A stretch of DNA of 64,000 nucleotides from a virus. Shown here piece after piece: positions 45,017 through 55,200 of this stretch. A program made the translations under genes and the position numbers. The notes beneath the pieces were generated by a model, which saw nothing but the letters and a program-made list of their open reading frames with translations, had not been told where the DNA came from and did not search any database. How positions within the stretch are numbered: the stretch's first letter is position 1; every line of letters starts with the position of its first letter. The stretch lies in the IMG/VR virus record IMGVR_UViG_3300009431_000004. One strand, written 5' to 3'.

Positions 45017-48000
45017 CAGTCTTCCTCGGCTCCTTGCGTAAACGCGCTCTGAAGATTACCGGAGGCATCCACGATATTCGTCACCGCAGGCCCGAGCGCG
45101 GCCACTGCTGCGCCGGTCTTTGCCCCTGCTGCGTCAAACGCTTCCTTCGACCCCTTAATCGTGTCCACGATGGAGGTAGGTCGCTGGTCCGGCAGGCTGC
45201 CCGCGAGGGCGTCCCGTGACATCTGCCAGCCCACCGCCCGCTCTGCCGACGTGGACATGAGCCATGAAGTCACCCGGTCCTGCGTGCCATCGCCGTAGTC
45301 TGTCGGAACGGTGGTCGCGGGGGCCACGAACTTCACGAAGTCCTCCTGCCCCGCCGCTTCGAGGAGGGTGTTCGCCTCGGCCATCTTGCACTGACAGACG
45401 TTCTTGCCGACGGCCAAGGTCATGTCTGCCAGAGAGTAGGCCGCGTTGTTAATAGGCACCTTCTGGATACCGTCCTTGCCCTTCTCCGCGAACCAGTTGG
45501 ACAGTCCGAACTGAAGGACATTCGGGTCGTCCGTCTCCACGGCCAGCCCGAGGTCGAGAATCTGCTTGTCGGTCAACCGGGTTTGGAGCTTCTCTAAGAC
45601 GATTTTCTCCAAGGCGGTCCGGGCCTCGGGGGCGGCTAGTGTCTTCTTGACCGTCTTCGTCTTCCCGTCCAGCCCCGTTTCGGTCGTCGTAATCGTGATG
45701 GGTTGGCCCTTGATGAAAGCCCGCACAACTTGGTCGATGGTGTGCTTGTCGAGGAGCTGAAGAGGGTCTTGAGCGTGCATCACGGCGAAGACCCCTTCCG
45801 GGTCGATGTCCACGTCCCGGCCATACCGGAAAGCACCGATGACCTCGTAGCCGCCTGCATCGGACACCGGGAACACGGGACTCTGCACGTTGCCCTTGTA
45901 GGTCTTGAGCTTCCGCGTCTTCACCTTCGACCGGCGCTGGCTCGTTCCCGCCCCCGCCAACCCGTTGAAGGTACTCAAGGCCAGCTTGGCATCTTCTTCG
46001 CTCAACTGGGAGATTTTCATGACCTTGAACCACGACTTCCGGGCGCTCTCCATATCTCGAAACAGACGGTATCCGAGGCCCTTTGAAGCGGCTTTATAGA
46101 ATTGCTCAACGGTGTAGCCGCCGCCTCCTGAAAAAGCCGTGTCCCCTCCCGCCGTGGCCCCGATGAAGTCGTACTCCCCCATCACGGCGCTCATCGGGAT
46201 GGATGTATTGCGGAAGGTTATCCCCGAGGGAAAGGCAAGTGCAGGGAACGCTGGCACTTTGTTCTGCTGTGCCGCTGGCAGCGCGGCCTTAGCAGCCACC
46301 GCTGCATCCACAAACTTCTGGGCCAGTTCCTCCCACGGGCCTTTAGTGATGGCCCCAAGGGTGGAGGTCAATCGGGTTTCCTCGTCCGAGGAGGCCAGCA
46401 CCTTCTGATAGAAGGCCGTCCCCAGTGACTTCTGGGAACCCTTGGTCAAGTCCGGGTGGGAGGACTTGGGCGAAGTCGTCGTAAGCGGCTTCTTCAGGGA
46501 CACCTTGTGAGAGGCGAACATCAACTCCCGAATCTCACTGGTGGGCAACACCTCGCCGCTGGGTGCTTCCGGGTTGTTGGTGAAGACCTTGATGCCCCAC
46601 TCCGGCTCCATCTCCCCGAGGGTCGCCGCAGGCACCTTGTCCCCAGCAGCGACCGTCTTCTTGGAGTCCTCCACGAAACCTATGACCTTCGGACCCTTCC
46701 AGACGGCCTCCAAGAATGGGTTGGATGTCTCGACGGCCTTGTCATCCACCGACTTCTTCACCTTGAAGTTGGGCTGTAGTTGTCCCTGATGTTCCTTGCT
46801 CGGGTGGGAAGCCGAGTAATACCGATAGGTTCCGGGCAGCGTCCCGTTGGTCATGATGGACTTCTTGTCCGAGAGCATGTCGAGGAGGCTCGACGGGGAG
46901 TTGATGTCCCCGAACGTCTCCCCCTCGGTCTGCTGCTTCGTCTTGTACGACTCCCCCACAACCGAGATGAGCTGGTTGAGGTACGAGATGTCCGTCTGCT
47001 GGCCCGGTTCCAGTGTTTCCCAGAAAGCCAGCTCCTCCGCACGAATATGACTGTTGGCATCCTTTATCTGCTTTTCCAGCTTCTCCCAGTCCTTGGCAAT
47101 CTTGTCGAGCGCCACTTTGTGGTCCGCCGCAGGCTTCAGGTTCCGCACTTGGGAATCGAGGGTTACGAGGTCGGACTCCCATTTCCTGATATTGACCAGT
47201 TGCTCGTCCCGCTTCTGGACGTAGGCCGCCTTGTGGGCGTTGTAGGCCCCAGCGAGCTTTCTGATGTCCTTGGCACCCGACGGAGCCGACCCCCCGCTTT
47301 CCGAGAAGTAGAACGAGATGTTCCCCATCTCCGATACCGCCGACTTGTAGACAGGGCCGGGGTTACTGGGGTCCTCGGTCGTCAGGACTTTGAGTTGGAC
47401 GGCCTGCTTCAGGAAATTGTTGATGGTGTCCTCATTGTCGAGGACAGCAACATCAGACCCCACGATAAAGAACAGCGGGTTTAGCTGCTCAGGGTCGAGC
47501 GCCATGACCACGTTAGGGAAGCCTGCCAGCCGGGGACGGTCTGCCATGTCCAACACCTCCAACGGCCTCTGGGGGAGCCGGGTATTGGAGAGGTCGATGG
47601 CGTCGATGCCGGTCTTGTCCACCCTGCCGGGCGCGTAGAACTTGGACCGCTTCCCGACGAGCTGGATGGTGGTGGTGCATTGACCACCCACAGAGAAGCT
47701 GTGCGCGAAGGAGTTGTTGTAGTAGAAGCAATCGAGGTACGCAATATAGACCGGGTAGCCGGGCCGAATCTCGGGCCGCAACGGGATGGTTAGCGACGCC
47801 GAAGTCGTAGGGACGTTCATCACATCCATGCGGTTCACGGCAGCGAAAAACATGCTCTTGGGGTCGTTGAAGTAGGCTGTCTCGTAGTCGCCGGGCCGCC
47901 AGCCAAATTGGGCCACCAGCCGGTAGTCGATGTACTGGCCCTTGACGCCCCACTCATTCTCCATCCCGTGGCCCGCCAAATTCTTGATTTGGGAACCCTT

Positions 48001-50073
48001 CACGGTCATGTACGTGACCTGCGGCTCCTTCTCGTCGAAGTTGATGGAGATGATGTCGATGTCCTCGATGCGGTAGACCCGCGAGGACGAGGTGTCCATG
48101 TTATACATCGGCGGCTTGAACACGAAATCGCCATCCACGTCTTGGTAGAACTCGAACCCCGTGACCTCACAGACTCTCTGGATGATGTCGAGCTTCGATT
48201 CGTAGGTGGCCTCGAACAGTTGAACCTGCCCGAAGTTACCGATGTTGGCCACGAACGCCTGCATCTCCACCATGTTCATCTCGAACTGCGGGGTCTTGGC
48301 GTTGGTGCCACCGGGCTGGGAACGCCGAAGCCATTGAAGTGCCTCCAACTTCCTGTTGTTGAACATCCCGAGGGAAAGTGCCTGTTGCAGGATGCTCCCC
48401 GTGTCCGCCTGACCGGACTTGTCGAACCGCTCCCGCATCAGTCTGGTCAGTTGAGAACTCTTGGTCTGGGAGAGCCACGCGGCCTGCGCGGAGTTGAACA
48501 GCTCCCCCGTCGCCCCGTGCATCCTGAGCTTGATGTCCCGTGTCTGGAATCGACGTTCCCAGTAGCGCAGGTTCAGGGAGAACAGGGACTCCCCTGTCAC
48601 CGGGCTGCGGGCGTCCTGATTCGTCTTATGGGACAGCGCCCATTCCACGCCTGCGGCGGACCCGGCCACGTCGTGGTGCATCTTGTAGATGATTTCGTAG
48701 GGGTGCATCCCCGTGAAGTTGTGGCCCACGAGGGACATCTTGAGCTTCGAGTTGTGCGGGCGTGCGCCGAACAGCGACGCATTGGTCGAGACACGCTGGT
48801 ACTCCCAGAAATGGAGCATCGAGGCACACTGGATGGAGACAGTCTGGACCCCACCGCTATAGGAATGCGAAACCTGCGTGATAACCCCGTGGAAGACGTG
48901 GTAGTAGGGGTACGCGAGGATATTCTCGATGTCCTTGCCGGACAGGCCAGCCTCATCCAACGCCGATTCCCCGAAATCAGGGGGCTTCGTGACAGGTGAG
49001 ATGTCTGTCTCTTCCGGGGTGTCCTGCCCGAGAACCTGATTGAGATTTGGCACTTCGTCCCCGACGGCAGGTGGGTTCAGGGACGCACCCTCGGAATTGT
49101 ACGCATCGACGAGATGCTGGCCGCCATGTTCCTTGGCCCACGCCAGAGAATCGGCGGTGTTGAGTTCCGTGCCGTCCGCCAGCGTGATGTGGAACCATTG
49201 GTCGCCACCTTGTTTGGGGTAAGGGAACCCGTAGTGGCCCCGAAAGTCGTAGTGAGTTGATGATGTCTTCCCTGTCTCGGGATTCTTGTAGAAGCCGTTG
49301 CCCCCGGTTGGTAGCCGCCCGGCATTCTCCAACGCCCACGTCCCGGCCCAGACCTCCTCTACTGGAACTTGCTTCTTGTCCCCGTTCTCGTCCCAGTAGA
49401 ACACGCGGTAGTCAGTGGCAGCCCCTTGACCGTGGTTGGCTGAGTCGCTGCGCCCATCGACATGGCTGCCTATCCAGACCTTGGCGTTCGGGTACTTCTG
49501 CTGCCAATATCGCTCGACGACTTCCACGACCCCGGCGGAGATGGTAGACCACGGATACCCGTCTTTGGCCATGCCTTGCGTCTTCCACTTGTTCTTCAGG
49601 TCGTCTGGCACCTTGCTGAAGTCGATGTCCCCGAATTCATCAGTGGAATGGCCACCTTCCAGACCTGCGAGAGGCGCTCCCGACACCGTGAACTCGTCGT
49701 GGTCTTCCAAGTCCTTCAAGTTCTGGGGCTGGTCGAGGTTCGAGTACATCCCCTTCACCGGGAAGTACCCACGCTCGTAGATGTGGACTTCGAGGCCGGG
49801 TCGCAGGATGAACTTCGCGTCGCGGGCGAACGCCTCGTTGTGGTGGATGGGGATGGACAGCGTGAAGCTGGCCGACGCCCCGCCGGGTTCCACCCCGGCG
49901 TCCACCGACACCTCGGTTATAAACTGCTGAATGTCGATTTTGCCGTTGCACTTCGGGCAGCCGGGGATGGCCAAGTCGCCGTTCAGGTAGACCAGCGCAT
50001 CCGGGGTGTGCTGGACCACCTGCTTGCCAGCCAGTTGCCAGCTACCGACGTATGGCCGATGTTCGACACCCAT
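45016..50073 (-). CDS. Baseplate hub (gp27/gpD-like) with inserted M15-type metallopeptidase domain (1685 aa)
   Basis: Hub motifs VFHGVITQV, FEFYQDVDGDFVFKPP, PLRPEIRPGYPV. Peptidase motif SANHGQGAATD...GNGFY...HYDFRG. Confidence 0.8.
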   Translation of the reverse strand: MGVEHRPYVGSWQLAGKQVVQHTPDALVYLNGDLAIPGCPKCNGKIDIQQFITEVSVDAGVEPGGASASFTLSIPIHHNEAFARDAKFILRPGLEVHIYERGYFPVKGMYSNLDQPQNLKDLEDHDEFTVSGAPLAGLEGGHSTDEFGDIDFSKVPDDLKNKWKTQGMAKDGYPWSTISAGVVEVVERYWQQKYPNAKVWIGSHVDGRSDSANHGQGAATDYRVFYWDENGDKKQVPVEEVWAGTWALENAGRLPTGGNGFYKNPETGKTSSTHYDFRGHYGFPYPKQGGDQWFHITLADGTELNTADSLAWAKEHGGQHLVDAYNSEGASLNPPAVGDEVPNLNQVLGQDTPEETDISPVTKPPDFGESALDEAGLSGKDIENILAYPYYHVFHGVITQVSHSYSGGVQTVSIQCASMLHFWEYQRVSTNASLFGARPHNSKLKMSLVGHNFTGMHPYEIIYKMHHDVAGSAAGVEWALSHKTNQDARSPVTGESLFSLNLRYWERRFQTRDIKLRMHGATGELFNSAQAAWLSQTKSSQLTRLMRERFDKSGQADTGSILQQALSLGMFNNRKLEALQWLRRSQPGGTNAKTPQFEMNMVEMQAFVANIGNFGQVQLFEATYESKLDIIQRVCEVTGFEFYQDVDGDFVFKPPMYNMDTSSSRVYRIEDIDIISINFDEKEPQVTYMTVKGSQIKNLAGHGMENEWGVKGQYIDYRLVAQFGWRPGDYETAYFNDPKSMFFAAVNRMDVMNVPTTSASLTIPLRPEIRPGYPVYIAYLDCFYYNNSFAHSFSVGGQCTTTIQLVGKRSKFYAPGRVDKTGIDAIDLSNTRLPQRPLEVLDMADRPRLAGFPNVVMALDPEQLNPLFFIVGSDVAVLDNEDTINNFLKQAVQLKVLTTEDPSNPGPVYKSAVSEMGNISFYFSESGGSAPSGAKDIRKLAGAYNAHKAAYVQKRDEQLVNIRKWESDLVTLDSQVRNLKPAADHKVALDKIAKDWEKLEKQIKDANSHIRAEELAFWETLEPGQQTDISYLNQLISVVGESYKTKQQTEGETFGDINSPSSLLDMLSDKKSIMTNGTLPGTYRYYSASHPSKEHQGQLQPNFKVKKSVDDKAVETSNPFLEAVWKGPKVIGFVEDSKKTVAAGDKVPAATLGEMEPEWGIKVFTNNPEAPSGEVLPTSEIRELMFASHKVSLKKPLTTTSPKSSHPDLTKGSQKSLGTAFYQKVLASSDEETRLTSTLGAITKGPWEELAQKFVDAAVAAKAALPAAQQNKVPAFPALAFPSGITFRNTSIPMSAVMGEYDFIGATAGGDTAFSGGGGYTVEQFYKAASKGLGYRLFRDMESARKSWFKVMKISQLSEEDAKLALSTFNGLAGAGTSQRRSKVKTRKLKTYKGNVQSPVFPVSDAGGYEVIGAFRYGRDVDIDPEGVFAVMHAQDPLQLLDKHTIDQVVRAFIKGQPITITTTETGLDGKTKTVKKTLAAPEARTALEKIVLEKLQTRLTDKQILDLGLAVETDDPNVLQFGLSNWFAEKGKDGIQKVPINNAAYSLADMTLAVGKNVCQCKMAEANTLLEAAGQEDFVKFVAPATTVPTDYGDGTQDRVTSWLMSTSAERAVGWQMSRDALAGSLPDQRPTSIVDTIKGSKEAFDAAGAKTGAAVAALGPAVTNIVDASGNLQSAFTQGAEED

Positions 50074-50074
50074 C

Positions 50075-51517
50075 CTATCTCCTGAAAGGCTGCGCTCGGC
50101 CCGGCGCAGCCTGTGTGACGGTCAGAGGTGAGGACACCGAGGAACTCTGGAACCCGTCTGTCCCCATACTCTGCTGGGCGACCCCCTTGGGCTGCCCTAT
50201 CTCCGAGGCTCGCGGCGTCTGATAGTCAGGGTTGCCCGTCACGAGCTGCGTGGCATCCTGCGGGAGGAGTGTCCCGAAAGCCTCCGACGGACTGACTTCG
50301 CGCCCCTGCGTCGTCAAGGTGAGTCCGTCCGTGCCAGCCCCCACCGCGTATTCCCCGGACTTGTTCTGGGACTTGCCGGTGTACCGCATGTCAAGGAGAC
50401 TCGGCATGGGTGCCTTCATCGGCAGGACCGCCATGGACGGGGAGGAGGTGTCCGCCATCATGGAGACGACGAACTCCATCGAGAACTCGATGCCGCCGTT
50501 GGGCTGGGAGTCCTGATAGGCGTAGGAGAACGACCCCATGTGACCGTAGTAGACCCAGCCGTCGTAGTGGATGGAGAGCATCCCGACGAAGTGGTGGGCG
50601 TTGGACCGACCCCGCGTGTCGTAGATGTACCCGTTGCTCCGGTACAGGGTAAAGGCGTTCATGAGGTTCTGCCACGCGACGGAATCGTTCTTCGAGGCGA
50701 AACTCACCCCGCGCCCGCCGGAGACAAAAGCACCGCACTTGGCCGTGATGGTCAGCTTGGGCTGGTCCTCGCCCCATGCGTGGAAGATGTACCCGAAGCG
50801 GGAACGGTCTTGGAACTGCTGAATCTTCGAGATGGAGATTTGCAGGTTCGAGGGATTGATGAGCAGCACCAACGGAGGCGTGTTCATGGCCGCCGAGAGC
50901 TGCATCGAGATGTCCACCGCCGTCAGCAGGTCCGCGATGGCGGGCTTCCCCAGACGGGCGGTGCTGGTAGAGTTCCCTGCGCCGTCGGACAGCGTGCCGT
51001 CGCCCTTCGGGTTCTTGGCCGTCCCTGCCGAGGAATTCTGAACGACGTACTCTTCAGTGGACCCCGTGGTGTAGTCGATGCCGGAGATACCGGACACAGC
51101 CAGATTGGCTCGGGCCTTTTGTACCAGCGACACCGAAGACGCCCCCGCCGTCCTGTAAATCTCCGGGGAGATACCGGGGGACTCGTCCCCGTTCAAGCGA
51201 CCCCCGTCCTCCCCGAACGCAAGGGGTGGTTCCACCTGAATCATGAAGGGGGACAGGTTCCGCAGGAGGGCGTTGGACATCTCGATGGGGACAGCCTGCT
51301 GGGCGTCGTACTCGATTTGGATGTCCGGGCCGGTCCGTAGCCCCTTGAAGGCTTCCGGGGGCGGAGGTGTGACAACCGCCGCCTCGACCTGCTTGGCACG
51401 GGCCGACTCGTAGTCGTTCAACGCCCCAACGTCCGCCAGCAATCCTCCACCGGAGGGGGTGCCGTCTGCGGTCGTGGGCGGAGACGTGAGTGTCTCCATG
51501 GAAGTGAACCCTGCCAT
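50075..51517 (-). CDS. Tail tube initiator/baseplate protein, paralogue 2 (480 aa)
   Basis: LLINPSNLQIS..IFHAWGEDQ..YDGWVYYGH..FSMEFVV tube-like fold. Located between tape measure and hub. Confidence 0.6.
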   Translation of the reverse strand: MAGFTSMETLTSPPTTADGTPSGGGLLADVGALNDYESARAKQVEAAVVTPPPPEAFKGLRTGPDIQIEYDAQQAVPIEMSNALLRNLSPFMIQVEPPLAFGEDGGRLNGDESPGISPEIYRTAGASSVSLVQKARANLAVSGISGIDYTTGSTEEYVVQNSSAGTAKNPKGDGTLSDGAGNSTSTARLGKPAIADLLTAVDISMQLSAAMNTPPLVLLINPSNLQISISKIQQFQDRSRFGYIFHAWGEDQPKLTITAKCGAFVSGGRGVSFASKNDSVAWQNLMNAFTLYRSNGYIYDTRGRSNAHHFVGMLSIHYDGWVYYGHMGSFSYAYQDSQPNGGIEFSMEFVVSMMADTSSPSMAVLPMKAPMPSLLDMRYTGKSQNKSGEYAVGAGTDGLTLTTQGREVSPSEAFGTLLPQDATQLVTGNPDYQTPRASEIGQPKGVAQQSMGTDGFQSSSVSSPLTVTQAAPGRAQPFRR

Positions 51518-52278
51518 CAGACCCCTCCTCCGCGCCCATCAGGCAGCAAGAACGGAGCGGCCTCCCCGAGGCCACCTTCCCCGACCGGGGTGTTCTGGGC
51601 GAAGTCCAAGAGGCTGTCCGGGGAAGTCCCCGTCCCCAGCCCCGGTGTGTACCCGAGCTGGTAGGGCAGCGTGCGGAACCGCTGTGCCTCGAAGCTGACC
51701 GTAAAGGTAGCCGTCAGGGCGAACTGGTAAGGCTTATCCGCCGCCTCCGTAATGTTGAAATCGGAGAACCACCCGATGTAGACGCCACCGTCGAAGGTGA
51801 TTTTGATGGCCCCGTTGAACACAATCTGGCCCGTGAGGTCGTAGACACAGCCGTTGTTGTGGAACAGGGCCAGCAGGTCGAGGTACTTGTCGTAGGCCAA
51901 CGTCTCGCGGCGGGTGCCTCCTGCCGGGTAAGCCCCCGGCCCGCCTGTGGTGTTCGAGAGGCCCGAGTAGAGCCGCATGAAACCACCCGTCACCATGTCG
52001 AAGCTGATGGACCGTGCGCCCTCGCCCCAGTGCTGCTCGACGTAGCCGCCCTTGGTCTGGATGCGCTCGATGACCTTCGCGTAGGTGAGGGACATGGAAG
52101 TCGGGTTGACGTGGAGGACCATCTTGAGGCCCTCGGGGAGGATGCTCGTCTCCATGTCCGGGGCGAGGATGTCGAACACGACCGGCTTGATGCCCTTGTT
52201 GCGGTCGAACTCGTCCTGCGGCGAGTTGAAGGCCCCCTTGAAAACAGGGAGGACACTGGCTGAAAGGTTCGCAGGCAT
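51517..52278 (-). CDS. Tail tube initiator/baseplate protein, paralogue 1 (253 aa)
   Basis: LHVNPTSMSLTY..EQHWGEG..FDGGVYIGWF..FALTATFTV. Immediately after the tape measure. Confidence 0.65.
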   Translation of the reverse strand: MPANLSASVLPVFKGAFNSPQDEFDRNKGIKPVVFDILAPDMETSILPEGLKMVLHVNPTSMSLTYAKVIERIQTKGGYVEQHWGEGARSISFDMVTGGFMRLYSGLSNTTGGPGAYPAGGTRRETLAYDKYLDLLALFHNNGCVYDLTGQIVFNGAIKITFDGGVYIGWFSDFNITEAADKPYQFALTATFTVSFEAQRFRTLPYQLGYTPGLGTGTSPDSLLDFAQNTPVGEGGLGEAAPFLLPDGRGGGV

Positions 52279-52286
52279 CAGTTATC

Positions 52287-55200
52287 TCATCCCGGCAACA
52301 CGCCAGCCGACTGCGCTTTCTCGATGGTTCTGAGCGAGCCGGGGCCGTCGTTGTAGAGGTGGAAGATATTGGTGGCCCCGCCCCCTGCACCAGCACCCGC
52401 GAGAGCGCCTCCGGGCTTGGCGAACACACCCACGTCTCCGGGGTCCACCCGCTGGGCGAACTTCACTCCCCGGCTCCCAATCTGCATCACAATGTCGTGG
52501 GCGACACCCGACACAATCCCTTTCTCCCCCAACTTTTTGTAGAACTCGCTTCCCTTCTCCCCCAGCATCTCTTCGGTCGAGAGGTAGTCCCCTTGCAAGA
52601 ACTTCTTGGCCTGCACCTGCATCTGCGGCATATCCCGGTAGGACTTGCCGGTTAGCGACATGAGCAGTCCCGCAACTGCCGCCTCATCCTGTTCTCTCTG
52701 CTCCTTGGACAACTCTTTCTTCCTCAACTTCTCCCACTCTTGGAAGAACTCTTTGCGCCCCCGCTTGTCCGCCGTCCTGTCCTTCTGTTCCTTGGCTACA
52801 ACGTCGTCATGAGCGCGTTTCTCCGCAGCAGCGATGGCTTGGGCCACCGACGCCATCTCGGTGGTCTGCAACATCGCCTGCTTCAAGTCTTCGGCGGCGT
52901 AGTGCTCCCAGTCCCCGGTAAGGGACTGCACCGCACCACCTCTACGAACCGCCTCTACTTGCCCATAAGCATGAGCGGGGACATGCGTGCCGGACGGGGC
53001 TTTGGCATATTTCTCCACTATCACCCTAGACATGCTTTCCTTGTACTTGGCAAATTCCTCGGGGCCGAGCTTGGCCTCAATGGCGGCATACGCTTTCCTG
53101 TACCCGGCGTCTTCATCGCCTTCAAGTACACCTTCCCGTTGACCCCGCTTGATTTCCAACATGGCGGTGATGTCCCTCAAGGACACCTCTTTTTCCCTTA
53201 TCAGCCGACTGTACGCCTCCTTCTCGTCCCCGGTGGCACCTGCTCGTAACGCCTCAAGTTTACTGAGTTCCTTGCTCCCTCCGCGCTCCTTTTCCCGCAA
53301 CAACTTGATGTCCTTGTCCAACTTCTGGATACGTTCTTGGTCGGGGCCACCGAAAAGCTCCACCGAAAGGATTTGCCAGATACTCGTTACAACAGTGTGG
53401 ATGTCAGCCAGAATACGCTCGACACCCTGCTCCATAATCTTGGACATCTTGGTTGTCTCACGAACCTGCTCTTGGGCGAGCTTGATGTCTTCAGGGATTT
53501 GATTGGCCAGTTCCTCGAAGCTGTCCCCTTGTGACACCATCAGATTCATGAATTCATCGGAGATGACTTCCCCTTTCCCTTGGCGCAGCACGTCAACCAG
53601 TTTGCCTGTTGCGTCCCGCTCCTTGTCAAAGATGGCTTTCCGCCGATTGCCCTCCTTGTCAATGTAGACACCGAAGGTCTTGGCCATCTCCTCAGCCTGC
53701 TTCTCGTCGTATTCCGCTGCCCACTTCGTGGTGTCTTTCCTAGCCTCCGCCTGAACCTCCGACAGCTTCTCGTGGTAGCCCCGGAGACGACCTGTCAGCA
53801 TCGCCAACTGGTCGAAGGCTTCCCCAGAGACACCGACGGCCCCTTCGACCGCCATCCGCTGCTTGGGAGTCAATTCGTCGAGGGTCTTGCCAAACAGCTT
53901 CATCGCGGAGAACGCCTGCATGGCCATCTTTCCGCCCGGTCCGAGCTGCCCGAGGGCCGCTGCCTGATTCAACGCGCCACCCTTCATCCCCGAAGACAGG
54001 GTGATGAGCTTGTCCAGCTCGCGTACCAGCTCGTCATTCCCAGCCAACGAGGCGTCCGTGAGCAATTCCCTCTTCTCCTTCTTGGACAGCCCGGCCAGAG
54101 CCTTGGCGAAGGCTGCGGCTCCTTTCTTTCCCTCCACGGGTCTTGCGATTCCGGCCTTGTCGAAGGCTGCTAGGAATGCTTCCTTGTCCCCCTCCTTCAT
54201 CGTATTGAGCTTGCGCTCGAACGCTGAGGCCATGCCCCCGGCCTCCGTCTCGATTACGTCGCCTACAATCTTCCCAGTCGTCAGGTAGACCCGCTTCACA
54301 CGGTCCTGCATCGTCTCCTCGGTGAACCCCTTGGTGAGCTGCTGAAGGAAATCACCACCGACTCGTGCGCCCAGAATCTTCCCGAGCTTGATGAGCAACG
54401 CGGCAGTCTCGGAGAGCCGGACGTTATACATGGACATGCCAGAGGTGGCCTGAAGGACCATCCCGTAGAATCGCTTGACCCCAAAGCCGGACTCCATCGC
54501 CGCCCCGTGGATGGCGCTGAGGCCCGTCTGAAGCGTCTCGAAGTTCTCGCCCAGCTCCTCCATCCACGAAGCCATCGACTCGGCCATCGTCTTGTTCTCT
54601 TGGCCGAACAGCTTGGCGTAGACCATGGTGGTTGACGTGGCTTCCCGGAGCCGCTCCTGCTGGTCCGCGAAACCCTTGGTCTGAGCGGTCAGTTCCCTGA
54701 AGACCTTGCCTGCGCCTGCGTAGGCACCGAGGATTTCGAGGTGGTCCTTGGCCGTCGTCCCCCAGATTCGATTGAAGTTAAACGCCTTCGAGAACGACTC
54801 ACGCACCCGGTCGAGGGTCTTCCCCATCTCGCCGTATTCGTCTACCAGCTCCCCGGCGGCAATCCCGCTCTCCAAGATGGTCGAGTTGAGGTCCTTGGCG
54901 GCGTCGTCCGCGTCGAGGACCATCTTCCCGATAGCTGCAAACCCGGCGACGACAGCCCCGATGGCTATCAAAGCCGGGCCAACCGTCGCCAAGAACTTGC
55001 CGAGCGTCCCCGCCATTGCACCCATCGGGCCGCCCGTGTCCTTCTTCGCGGCGGCAGCGGCCATCTTCTTGGTCCCTTCGCCCATGCGCCGGATGAGGCC
55101 CGACAGGTTCTTCACGTCCCCGGACACCACGTCCGAGAAAGCAGCCCCCATTGATTCCCCGAATTTCTCGGCTCCGGCGGCCATCTCCTCGCCCTTGCCT

